Positions 12,751 to 24,407 of a stretch of DNA of 64,000 nucleotides are shown piece after piece. The notes below the pieces were generated by a model that was given only the letters and a program-made list of their open reading frames with translations, did not search any database and was not told the origin of the DNA. A program made the translations under genes and the position numbers. Position 1 is the stretch's first letter. Every line of letters starts with the position of its first letter. The stretch comes from Eledone cirrhosa (Eukaryota), in the NCBI GenBank assembly GCA_964016885.1, contig OZ024747.1, forward strand, positions 89,404,001 through 89,468,000. The letters are read 5' to 3'.

Positions 12751-13090
12751 CACTCAAAATTAAGCTCGACTTTAATGCACCGAAACCATAGTAATTTCCA
12801 GAGGTTGACTGAAGAGATGGGACTGCCCATCTTTCCATTGTTTTTCCATTGTATTTGTCCTGTGCCCTCCCTATTTTAAATTTATAATCTAAAAACTTAG
12901 CCATGCCGGCTTTTTTTGAAACTATCTATATATAAATATATATATATATATATATAGATAGATGTAGATAGATAGATATTTGAAACTATATATATATATA
13001 TAGAGAGAGAGAGATAAAGAGAGAGAGTAATGTAATGTGTGTCTGTGTGAAAGTGTGTATATGCATGTGAAGTTACACAGACAATTTAGC

Positions 13091-13251
13091 AGGGTGACAA
13101 TAGGGGATGAAGAAAGCAGGGCGACAATAGGGGATGAAGAAAGCAGGGCGACAATAGGGGATGAAGAAAGCAGGGCGACAATAGGGGATGAAGAAAGCAG
13201 GACAACAATAGGGGATGAAGAAAGCAGGGCGACAACAGGGATGAAGAAAGC
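13091..13251. repeat. 27-bp minisatellite x~6
   Basis: AGGGCGACAATAGGGGATGAAGAAAGC units. Confidence 0.92.
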
Positions 13252-13577
13252 CAAAAGGATAAATTGATAGATACTGAACAATTAAATGAAGTGGATCAAT
13301 TTAATGTTACCCTCAAGTTAAAATAATCTGAAAACCATTACAAGTTGGTGTTAAGCAGCAGAGTTTCCTTATAGGGCTCTGATTCATGTGTAAAGGTCAT
13401 TTGGCAAGTTTTAATTAGTGTTGATTGATGAAATATTTAACATGGTTATTGGCAGTGAATGGAATGGAGATTTAGTTTTCAAAATGAGACTTAAGAACAA
13501 TTTAGCTAACAATGGATAATGGTCATGAATTTAATAATAATACAGAGTGGATGACAGGCTATATATGTATATATAGA

Positions 13578-13900
13578 ATATAGAAATGGCTTCTACAGGA
13601 CTAGAACTGTTTCATACGAAGAAAATCATCGGTAAAGTCTGATGACTTCCTTCAAATGAAACAGTTCTAGTCCTGTAGAAGCCATTTCTATATTATATAT
13701 ATATATAAATATATGTGTAGAAATGGCTTCTACAGGACTAGAACTGTTTCATTTGAGGGAAATCATCAGGAAAGCCTGAGGATTTCCTTCAAATGAAACA
13801 GTTCTAGTCCTGTAGAAGCCATTTCTATATTAAAAATTTATTCTCTGTTATGTATTGAGTACCTTACTTACTGTGGTTACCCCCGATTGAACCTGGGATA
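13578..13900. mobile_element. Two tandem fold-back HHR-element palindromes (family A)
   Basis: 13578-13692 and 13718-13829 are each ~110-bp palindromes of the HHR segment. The second continues into the family tail to ~13900. Confidence 0.75.
13725..13776 (-). ncRNA. Type I hammerhead ribozyme (family A), intact core, weak stem II
   Basis: GGCTTTC-CTGATGA-TTTCCCTCAAAT-GAAA-CAGTTCTAGTCCTG-TA-GAAGCC. Confidence 0.65.
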
Positions 13901-13929
13901 CATACACACACACATATATATATATATTT

Positions 13930-14255
13930 AGGGGTTAGAATGTTGGGCTTGCAATTGAGAGGTTGTGAGTTTGATTCTCTGACTGGGTCATGTGTTGTAT
14001 CCTTGAGCAAGACACTTTGTTTCATGTTGTTCCAGTTTACTCAGCTGTAGAAATGAGTTGTGATGTCACTGGGGCCAAGCTGTATCGACCATTGCTTTTT
14101 CCCCTTGAACAACATTCGTGGTGTGGAGAGGGAAGACTAGTAAGCATGGGCTACTGCTGGTCTTCCACAAAACAAACCTTGCCTGGGCTTGTGGCTTGAA
14201 GGGAAAATTTCTAGGTGCAAAACCATGGTTATTGGGGCCGATGGGGGCCTTTTAT
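13930..14255 (+). mobile_element. tRNA-derived SINE family 2
   Basis: GGTTAGA...GGTTGTGAGTTTGATTC...CCTTGAGCAAGACACTTT...CAGTTTACTCAGCTGTAGAAATGAG. Other copies at 17440, 34295, 50430, 61745 and 61915. Confidence 0.75.
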
Positions 14256-15107
14256 TTACTTATTTATATGAATTCCTCACTAAGCTTGCATCTACTCTCA
14301 CATAACTCACAGCTCCTCTGTACATGGCTTGCAATTTAATGGAAAATTTACAAAAAAATAAAAAAATTATCACAAAAATTACAATGTGTATAGCAAAATG
14401 TGAAAATAAATATTTATCAGATATGTGAGACTGAATGTTCAATTGACCAATGATATATGATGTGATGCAAAAGTGAAAGTACATTTGACTAATCAGATAT
14501 GACATGATGCGGAAATGAAAGTAGGATCGACCAATCAAAAGATGCGATGCAGAAAAGAAAGTAAGATTAACCAATCAGATACGGTACAATACAACAGTGG
14601 AAAGAAAATGGGATTACATAGATCCCATTTCTTACAAAATAATATGATAAATAGCTCACTTACTTTCAGGGTGATCGAAGGGATTGGAACCTCTGATCAG
14701 GGTGTTGTGTTGTCACACTCCCCCTCATGATGGTGTCAAAGGAATATATACATACCATATCTAAGCTGGATTTCCAGATTTTGCAGAAATTTTTTATTCC
14801 AAGGTGCAGACATGGCTGTATGTTTAAGGGTTAAATGATTATGGTGTTCACTTTATTACCAAGGGGTTTATGGTTTTAAGCCATTACTGTGTGGCATATA
14901 TATATATATACACTAAAGAGAAATGTGGCAGTTTAAACCAGCATGTAAAGTGGTTGGAGATAGGAAGGGCATCCAGTCTTAGAAAGCTTGCTAAAGAAAG
15001 GGTTGGGAGGACCCTCAATTGTTTCAAAGACATGACAACCTTTGCTTTGCACTCGGTAGAATGTGAGACCATACATAAGCGAGATCTCTGGCTTGACAGG
15101 GAGGTAT

Positions 15108-15750
15108 AGTTCTTTACACTTTCGTGGTAGACAGTTCTCCATTTTTTACGGTTGGCAGTCATGGCTTCAAACAAAGAAAGAGGTACGTTGAAAGACTTAA
15201 GATTGTACTTCAGTTTGTCCTTATATCGGAGTAGTGGCCTGGATACACTATTCACACCATCCTGGAGCTGACTGTACAACAGTACCTTAGGTGTGTGATC
15301 CCCAGGCATCTGTAGAACATGACCAGCTCATCTGAGTTAGAATTGCATCAGAAATGATTCAATCCCACCAATGTTGCATCTTGTGAACAGTTCAGCATTG
15401 GAGACTGTCAGAAAGTGCATATCCACAGACAGAGCGAAGACAGCGTTTGGGGAAGACATCAAGCTTATGAATGTGGGTGCTGTAAGGTGTCTATGACTGA
15501 GCCATAATATAAGAGTGTTGACAGTACAACTGCAACTTTTGTTTTCAGGGACATACGTCTAACACTCCATAGGCAGTGATGCAGTCTGCCAAAGCATCAG
15601 TTGCCTTGGAGATACGATTAACAATCTCATCATCCAGGGATGCAGAGTGGTTCACCCTGCTGCCAAGGTAAGTAAAGGAGCTCACATACTTCAGATCCTT
15701 GCCATCAATAGTGATGGGTGCAAGAGGATGCCCTTCATAACACCTCCTAC
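15108..15750 (-). pseudogene. Decayed RTE-clade LINE ORF 3' part
   Basis: FTYLGS...DDEIVNRISKA and MPGDHTPKVLLYSQL...RPLLRYKDKLKYNLK...NRKKWR are RTE/BovB-type motifs. Frameshifted. Confidence 0.8.
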
Positions 15751-15861
15751 ATGCCTAGGGGTGGCTTTGGTTGATGTACCACCTCAGTCTTCTTGATGCC
15801 TTAAACACAAGTGAAAAGTGGTTCATCAATTCCTGTGCCTCTCTGAGGGATGTTGTGTGTG

Positions 15862-15902
<41 letters not shown>

Positions 15903-16184
15903 GCATGGAAAACTGGGCATAAAAGCATGAAAATGCAACATGGAAATGCAACATGGAAATGCAAACATAGAAATGATAACCCTCATACATGATCATAACT
16001 GCACTTATGAAATATTTCAACAGGAGAAATGATAAAATTATTTGAACCAACAAAAATATTTTTGTTGTTTCATAAATACTTTTTAATCATTTCCCATAAT
16101 TAGTAATGACAATCACATAGAGTCGGTAAGTTTTAATTAATTTTAAAATACTGCAAATTATATTACATGTACTGATTTACTTAC

Positions 16185-16410
16185 TTAACCCTTTCATGAC
16201 AGTTTTTCTAATGGAATACATACTATTTCAATTAATTAATGACGAATTATTAATCATTTCATTACTAATATAGTAACTTTATGTAAGGTTCTTATATAAA
16301 ATTTTGTTGTAAGATTTTGATTTAAACTGGAAACCTTTAAAATGGGTGGTTTTATTTGATAAAACCAGAGCCTGTTTTGACCGGGTTGGTAACTAAAGTT
16401 TTAAAGGGTA
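16185..16410. mobile_element. TTAA-bounded MITE family 2 (piggyBac-like)
   Basis: TTAACCCTTTCATGAC... Related copies at 28080-28303 (inverted) and 9920-10280. Confidence 0.45.
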
Positions 16411-18021
16411 ACTAAACCTTTCATTATGATATCTTTAAATGAAAGACACTACTTATGGTTTTCAAATAGTTTTGAAAATAATCAACAATTTGGAGAGATT
16501 TAGAAAATGTATTAGAGGAAAGCCAAGTAAGACATGAGCAGAAGTGAAAGAGATCTGTTTAACCCACGCTAATAAATAGGGGAAAAAAACCTATACCAAA
16601 ATGCTGATAATGATGATATATTAATTAGCAATAATTAAAATTAAAATATTTGTAGACTCTTTGTATTATTGCAAAATTTTCCCCAAAATAATTTAAAATT
16701 CAATTTAGAAATGTCATCTATCTTTTCGTTGCTTAGAAATGTCATTTTTTAATTTTTATTCAATTTCAAAATATTAATTTAAACAAAACATTTTCAAAAG
16801 TTAACCCTTTTGTTACTGTATTTCTAATGAAGTTGAAGGGATTAACTAAAATTATTATTGCAATGTTGTGATATTTGTGAAGTAATGTCAGGTTGCTCTT
16901 GAGCACTACTGGTAACATAACCAAGTACGACCCATTACATGGTCAGGTTATTGGTGACTAAACCGGCAAATTTACCAAGCTTGCTTGGTGAGGATGATGA
17001 TTTCTGGACACACTGCAGGATGAAAAATAAAATCCTTCAAAGGGGGGGGGGGGACATAGAAGAGTTAATGGTCATCCAATAGTGTAAAAAGAAAGAAAAC
17101 AGGCAGACAGAATTTGGTAGCTTTGGTAGGCAGTATGTATAGGACAAGCATCACTCTGATTTCAAACCCACAGTAGGTAGGACTCTATTGTTAACTGGAT
17201 AACAACCATTCAAGTGGCCAATGGCTTCATCCTTGTGAGTAAGGTAGATGATCATCAGCTTAGTATATAGTTTCCAAGTAATGGACAGACCAGGATTCAG
17301 GACCCCTGACATCACTCTTTCTCCTGATGAGAATTATGGACATACAACATCTAATAGATGAGTATTGGTGCTATTGTCATTGGTCCCTGGCCCTCAGCAA
17401 TGAGGATGGGAACAGACCAGATCATATATTTGTGAAGGCTCATAGCTGAGTTAAGGTGTTGGGATCACAATCATATGATAGAGTTTGATCCTTGTACTGG
17501 GGCAGGTGATACGCTGTCCTTCAGCAAGACACTTTATTTAGTGTTGCTCCAGTCCACTTAACTGAGAGGGGGGGGGGGGGGGACTTTCAACAAGACTTGT
17601 GCTGAGCTGTTTATATTTTAATTAAAATTGGAACCCTTTAAATGAGTAGTCATAGTTTCACAGGGAAGCAGGTTGGTATTAAAAGGGTTAAAATAGTAAT
17701 AACAAAAAAAAAAAAACTAGTTTTCTTTTCTCTCATTTAATATTTTTCTTCTTTTTTTTATAAATACCAATAACAAGAAGAATAACAATAAGGTCCCAGG
17801 GTGGCAATATTAGTAAGGAGCTAGGGGTTAGTCAATGTAATCGACACAACTACAGGCAGTGCTTGAATGGTCCTTTATTTTATTGGCCCCTACATTCCAT
17901 CCAGTCCCTGGAAGCAATGACAAAGAACTAAATTGACAATTTTTTTGTCTGATTCTCCAATAATTTTCTGAAATACACCATCTCATAATGATAATTATAA
18001 TTTCTGTTATATCTATCTATA

Positions 18022-18056
<35 letters not shown>

Positions 18057-18057
18057 A

Positions 18058-18580
18058 TTGTCATGATCAAACCGCCACCCTCCTTCAAAAACGAAGGAGA
18101 GGCGGTTTTCCTTTGTGTGATAGCTATGGCGAAAGAGGTTGTATGGTGGACAAGGTTGAAAGGGCTGAGGTCAGACACCTTTCTCTCCGGCCAACAACTG
18201 ATTCTTTTTTTCAAATACCACTTTGGAAGAAGAATCAGGATGGAGAGAGAGGTGCTGTACCCCAGCAAGTTTTATGAAAGGTGGGTGAAAGTGGCGAGAA
18301 TGGCCCGAGTGAATGGGCCTTCTCTCTATATCAGCCTGTAGGTTGAGGAAAAGGAGGAGGAGAGGAAAGGAGTACAAGCTCTTCGTACTCCTGGAGATGA
18401 GGGTTGCACATTTTTTTCGGGGGTCTGTGTTACCCATATAAACTGTCTCCCTCTATTGGGGAAAATCGACTAACTTTTAAATTCCATCTGTGATAACATT
18501 TTACACGTTTTTATTGTATGTAAACTTCCCCCTTTGTATTTGTCCCCTTCTTTTGTGCCCCTGTGGCTAATAAAGAAATA
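18058..18580 (+). mobile_element. Tx1/L1-clade LINE 3' end in (TATC)n
   Basis: IKPPPSFKNEGEAVFLCVIAMAKEVVWW..., paralog of 38796-39419. 3' end CCCTGTGGCTAATAAAGAAA-(TATC)n. Confidence 0.8.
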
Positions 18581-18807
18581 TATCTATCTATCTATCTATA
18601 TATATATACATTCAAGTGAATACAAAACTATTTATGGGAGTATAAGCCAAACAGACAAAATTAAGTTGTTTAACTTATTTAAAGATCTCCCTACCATGGT
18701 TTCATTATTGCAAGAAACAATTTATTGGAAATACCAATATTGGAAGAATCGTCAATACTCTTCAGGAAGTTTATTCTTCATCAGCCAACCCTTGTATATA
18801 TATATAT

Positions 18808-18994
18808 TTGTTTCTACTTTTGGCACAAGGCCAGTAATTACCCAGTACATTACTGGTACTTTATTTTATCGACCCCGTAAGGATGAAAGGCAAAGTTAAC
18901 CTCGGCGGGATTTGAACTCAGAATGGCAAGGGCCATAATTCTATACGTCAAAGCATGGCGTCCGACCCTCTACCGACACTGCCAATCCACCGCC
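18808..18994 (-). mobile_element. tRNA-derived SINE family 1
   Basis: Reverse complement of the 8657 consensus. Confidence 0.85.
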
Positions 18995-19694
18995 CTTTAT
19001 ATATATATATTAAGAGTTAAGAAGGGCATCTGTTGTAGAAACCATGTGAAACAAAGAACTGTTCAGTTAAGTCAAAGACATAGCAACCTCCCAGTGTTGG
19101 TGCCACAATAAAATACTCCCAGTACACTCTGTAAAGTTGTTAGATATCAAATGGAGACAGCATAGAATGAAGAATCCTTTAGTCTTGATGTGGAAATAAA
19201 AACATACCTGGATCCAAGTGGAGGAGATATGTGATAAAGTTATGTGACATGTCGGATAATAGGGGATAAAGTAGCACCCTGGTAAAGCACATAAAAAACT
19301 ACACATAGAGTGGTTCTGTAGTTTCTTATGTGCTTTACCAGGGTGGTAATTTATCCCTTATAACCTGACATCATTTATTAAGTGTCTTTCTCTCAGGATT
19401 TATAAAGATCTTGGTCTCTCTTCTTGGAGCTCATTGGATCATAGGGGATTATTGTGAGTTTTTAACTCTACCTTTAAATTTAATATATACTGTATATATA
19501 TATATATATGTATATGTATGTATATATATATATATGAAAAATTCAGGACCTTAACGGCTGAGCTCCGGAGCTCAGGGTCCCAAATGTTTTATATTACCCA
19601 CTCTATTACTCCAAGTATTGAGTACTCTGGTGAGTAATGGTCAAACTGGTTTTTACCACCTCCATTCTGATAAATATATATGTATATAAAGTGC

Positions 19695-20090
19695 ATCATT
19701 TCCTCTTGCAACTATCCCACTGAATTCACCTCTAAATACTTGAACACCATCCTCGCCAACCTTCCTTCCCACATCCAGGATACTAATCATGTCCCCTGAC
19801 TCTTTAATCTCTCTTTCTCTCCTGACCTCTCTTGGTTCCTCTTCACAACAGACATCACTGTCTCTCTCTCTTCTCTATACTGACATCCTTCACAAAGATG
19901 GCCTCTGTGCTCTCCAACTTTTTTTATATTTATGTTCCCTCATCTATCCTAGCATTTCCACTCTTCTCTACCTTTCTGAGCTTGTTCTCATCCTCAATGG
20001 GTTTTCATTTTTTGGGAGGGTATTTCTAGCAGGTTTCTGGGGTAGCCATGACTAGTATGGGCCCACCCGAACTAGGCCAACTTGTTTGTC
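19695..20090 (+). pseudogene. Decayed Penelope-like reverse transcriptase fragment
   Basis: LPSHIQDTNH...LFTTDI..SLYTDILHKDGL.AL...LSELVLILNGFSF...QVSGVAM..MGP..ANLF across frameshifts matches PLE RT motifs (DV.SLYT.IPH; G.AMG). Confidence 0.7.
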
Positions 20091-20419
20091 AGCAATGACG
20101 TGGTCTCTGGACCTGACTTGTCTCATAATGTGGTAACCCATCTAACCCATGCAAGCATGGGAAATAGATGTTAAATGATGATGATGATGATGATGATGAT
20201 GAAGATATGCAGGTATGTATGCATAGAGGGATGAATATATTTACATATATTTTATATCTGGTGTACACTGCACAAAAGATCTGTTTAACTTGTTCCAACG
20301 TTTTACTTTCATTAGTTGGTTGAAAGAGGAGAAAGGGCAAAAATCCTTGCGACTAATGAGATTGATGTGATTGACATTAAGATTCAGTATCTCTAGTTTT
20401 CTGTCTGAAAGTCTCTCCA

Positions 20420-20905
20420 TCCCCCACCTCACCCCACCTCACCCTCACCTCCACTTCATCCCCACCTCACCCCACTTCACCACCACCCCACCCCAACTCC
20501 ACCCCAACTCCACCTCACCCCCACTTCACCCTTTTTAAAAGAAAAGGAAGGAAGAAAACAATGAACTAGAAAATAGAATTCAGGTGGTTTGCTGTTTGGG
20601 GCAGAAGGATTGGATGAAGTGTTTAGTTTGAAGAGAGAGAGGGGGGTGGAGAGATAGAAAGGGAGATAGAGGGGGAGTGTGGGAGAAAGAGAAGGAGAGA
20701 GAGGGAGAGGGGGAGAGATAGGGGAGAGGATGAGATGGAGGAGGGAGAGAAGAGGGAGAGAGAGAACGGGAGAATGGATGATGGAGAGAGAAAGGATGAG
20801 AAGGAGAGGGGAGAAAGAGAGAGAGAGAGATGGGGAGAGAGAGAAATGGGGACAGAGAGATGGGGAGAAAGAGATAGGGAGAGAGAGAGAGGGGCAGAGA
20901 GAGAA
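20420..20905. repeat. C-rich then GA-rich low-complexity repeats
   Basis: (CCCCACCTCA)n followed by a (GA/GGGA)n tract. Confidence 0.85.
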
Positions 20906-21230
20906 TGCATAGGTACAGAGAAGGTAGCAGTAGCAGTGGAAAAGATTGAGATTGAGACAAAATATAAAAAAAGAACTACATGTCTGAGAGGTAATGGCTG
21001 GTGAGTGCTGTTGATTAAATTCCAGAGTAAAAAGTGTGATGGGTAGAGGGTGAGAGACAGTGGAGGGGAGAAGTTAAGAATAGGTCGGAAGGTCTTCAAA
21101 AGAAGGAACATTTCAACAAACTAATATAATGGTTAATGGGAATGGTTTGAAAGTTGGCATGTTGGCTATCAACATTGGTTTAGTTTAAAAGTAGTGAATT
21201 AAGAATAAATATATATATATATATATATTC

Positions 21231-21287
<57 letters not shown>

Positions 21288-21633
21288 GGCAACACTCATC
21301 TTTTTCCATTTCTCCGAGGGTTATAAACCCCACTATCAGGCTAGAAATTTCTTTAGTCTAAAATACGGTGAAAGCTTATAATTTCTAATTTCTAATTTTC
21401 AAACTCGCGCACCGTTTCAAAAACATACTTACATGTTTACATTTATAATATATATATACAATGATATTAAATAAATGGAAACTATATTTATAAAACAATA
21501 TTTATTCTATCTAAATATAGTTTCCATTTATTTAATATCATTGAATATTTACTCCAGAAATCTGTCAAGTGCTCTGAATCAGTTATAAACATTTATATTT
21601 GTTGAATTTCCAACAAATTAAATATCCTTTCTG

Positions 21634-21683
<50 letters not shown>

Positions 21684-21694
21684 TAACAGATTAA

Positions 21695-21745
21695 AGTTTA
21701 AGCAAAGAATCGCTGCTTTCACCCTTAACGGGATCTTCTGAAACT
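21695..21745 (-). ncRNA. Type I hammerhead ribozyme motif with variant core (CAGAAGA)
   Basis: AGTTT-CAGAAGA-T.CCC(GTTAA)GGG.T-GAAA-GCA(GCGATTCTT)TGC-TT-AAACT. All three stems pair; U4 is replaced by A. Confidence 0.65.
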
Positions 21746-22498
21746 AACAAAGTCAATCTGTAAACGCAGAACTGGATATTTCAAAAAAACGTTGCAACCG
21801 GAGGAAGACAGGAAGACGATACTTTGGTTCGTGGTAACGTTCGCTGGCAAAGAACGGGAAAAAACGAATAATACTTCATTAATAGGAGCGGTGAAAAACA
21901 ATTATGCGCAAAACCACGTAAATGGTATAGCAGAAGTCGTAGACTAAACTTCTAACTAGGAGACCAAATGAATCTCCGCTACAGAGTTAAGAACAAAGTA
22001 AATAAATACAATACAGAAGTAATAGAAATAAATAAATACATACACGCAAACAAATACGTACATACACAAGCATACGCAAAACCTTACCATAGGTATACAA
22101 AACCATGCACATATAAATATGTGTGTGTGTGTGTATGCGTGTATACAAATAAATAAATAATTATATAAACGTATATAAATAAATAAATACGTATATAACA
22201 AGCGCACACACATACCTACATATAAATACACGAATGTTCGGAGACGTAAGTCAACTAAAACGTACGAACCTGCATACTCACACAGACGCAAAACTCCCGT
22301 ATACACATAGCCAAACCCTATGTACCAGAATATATAAAATTATACGCCATAGCAATCAAATATACGTACGAGAAGGTATACGTACCTTCACAAAACATAC
22401 AGGTAATATATACTTACCTATGCAAATAAGTAAAGGAATAAACAAAACATATACTTAACTCCCACATCAAGACGTAAAATATCCACGTATAGATCGTA

Positions 22499-23035
22499 CT
22501 ATCCGTTAGGGTATAACGTGGGGCTGTAATACAGGAAAGTGTTGTGCAATTTATGTTTACAAGCCGAAATTGCTTCAGATTTTTTGTTTAAGATGTGGTC
22601 TGTGGCGTAGAGTATTTCCAGGGCCTCAGCGGCGCAGAGGTCACATGGTCTTTTATTTCCGTTATACGATCTAGCCCTAGCTAGGATCTTCCAGTGTAAC
22701 TTATATTGGGTGTGGTTGTCTTTTAGACTCCAGATATAAGCTGAAAGTGACGTCATATTCCTTCTTAGAGGGTAACGAAAAGAATGGGTATGCATGTAAA
22801 GACGCTGCTTGAAACTATTGGCGGTTAACCCTATGTAGGCCCTACGGGACGTGGGTGTTACAACCTTACATTTGTAGACAATGTTACTAGAGAGGCATTT
22901 CCCGGATAGGGGGCAATCAGCCCGATTCCTACAATTACAGTTAGTACTAACTACAGGGTTGCACATGTTCCTACGGCTAGGTAGTTTAGCTAAATTTGAA
23001 GCTGTGATGTTATGTGCAAGGTTAGGAGTCGTAGA

Positions 23036-23038
<3 letters not shown>
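22499..23038 (-). CDS. Penelope-like element GIY-YIG endonuclease domain (partial, 5' truncated)
   Basis: YSTTPNL...CNCRNRADCPLSGKCLSSNIVYKC...AYIGLTANSFKQRLYMH..SF...LSAYIWSLK...CDLCAAE...LNKKSE...CKH. Contains VY/YIG, catalytic R, E, N and a Cys-rich linker. The N-terminal 54 aa of the ORF-track call come from MITE and (TA)n sequence. Confidence 0.85.
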
Positions 23039-23066
<28 letters not shown>

Positions 23067-23072
<6 letters not shown>

Positions 23073-23148
23073 GTCCCCCAAAATTGTATACAGACTTTGA
23101 TGAGAATGCTGATGAAGTGTGTATACATTTTTGGGGGACATCCTGTAT
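23067..23148. mobile_element. Tc1/mariner-type mini-MITE
   Basis: TIRs TAGGGTGTCCCCCAAAA ... TTTTGGGGGACATCCTGTA with TA flanks. Confidence 0.6.
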
Positions 23149-23327
23149 AGTCATAGTTTAACATATTGAACGAGAAAGGTGAAATATTAAAGTTCCTCAT
23201 GCGTTTTGGGTTCAGGGTTGGGTTTGGAGTTTGGGGTTTAATCTACATTTATTAAAGGGAACTTCTATAAATTTTGAAAAAAACAAACAAAAATTGAACC
23301 CAAGATGGAGTTCCAAGGGGAAGATTG

Positions 23328-23660
23328 ATGGAGAGAGAGAGAGAGAGAGACAGAGAGGAGAGAGGAGGGAGGGAGAGGGGAGAGAGAAAGGGGAGAGATG
23401 GAGAGGGGAGAGAGACGGGAGAGAGAGATGGGAGAGAGACGGGAGAGAGAGATGGGAGAGAGAGATGGGAGAGGGGAGAGAGAAAGGGGAGAGATGGAGA
23501 GGGGAGAGAGACGGAAGAGAGAGATGGGAGAGAGACGGGAGAGAGAGATGGGAGAGAGAGATGGGAGAGAGAGACGGGAGAGAGAGACGGGAGAGAGACA
23601 GGGGAGAGAGAGATGGGAGAGAGGCAGGGGAGAGGAGAGAGAAATGTAGAGATAGATAGA
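23328..23660. repeat. GA-rich minisatellite
   Basis: (GGGAGAGAGA[C/T]) units. Confidence 0.85.
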
Positions 23661-24376
23661 TAGAGGAATAGAGTGAGTGAGATAGACAGAGATGGTGGTG
23701 ATGAAGATAATTGTTTCTACTTTAGGCACAAGGCCAGCAATTACCCAGTGCATTACTGGTACTTTATTTTATCGACCCCGTAAGGATGAAAGGCAAAGTC
23801 AACCTCGACGGGATTATCAGATAATGATGATGATTAAGATGTGGTTGATGAGCATGATGATGATGATGATGATAACATAATGATGAAAATGGAATGATGC
23901 ACCCATTGCTGCTGCTGATGATGATGATGAGAACAATGAAGATGTTATAAACCAAATTACTATTTCTTACTGATGAATAAAGTAAATTTGATGACCTTTC
24001 CTACCTAGTCCAAGATATCCATTAAAATATATGAATCCCTATTGACATTAAAAGAGCACCTTTCCTAACACCTGTGCTATCATCTCAACATTCAAGTACA
24101 AGTATTTCAAAGTAATACAATATTATATATATATACTATGTATGATGCTTTATTATTGTGGAAGCATGGTTCTTCTTGTTTTATTCTTGGCGTCATCATT
24201 CTTTAACTTTCTCTGTTCACTCTGGGTAGAAATATATCAATTTCTCACTCATTCAGCACTTCATGACTGCTTCCTATGATTCAATTGACATCTTCCATAG
24301 TGCAGCTACAACTTAGTTATACTCATTATTATTATAGTATATATATATATATTAGATTATATTATATATTATTATA

Positions 24377-24407
<31 letters not shown>

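Larger units (their letters stand above)
21679..23038 (-). mobile_element. 5'-truncated Penelope-like retroelement (GIY-YIG plus 3' region with HHR) inserted in (TA)n
   Basis: (TA)n on both sides. Contains the GIY-YIG ORF, an ~800-bp 3' region and an HHR motif on the same strand. Confidence 0.85.

Noticed and set aside
12805-12840. CTGAAGA plus GATGGG/CCCATC hairpin as an HHR
   Set aside because: No GAAA or stem III follows.
18722-18792. Minus-strand CTGATGA-AGAAT...ATTCT HHR remnant
   Set aside because: GAAA box absent; too decayed to call.
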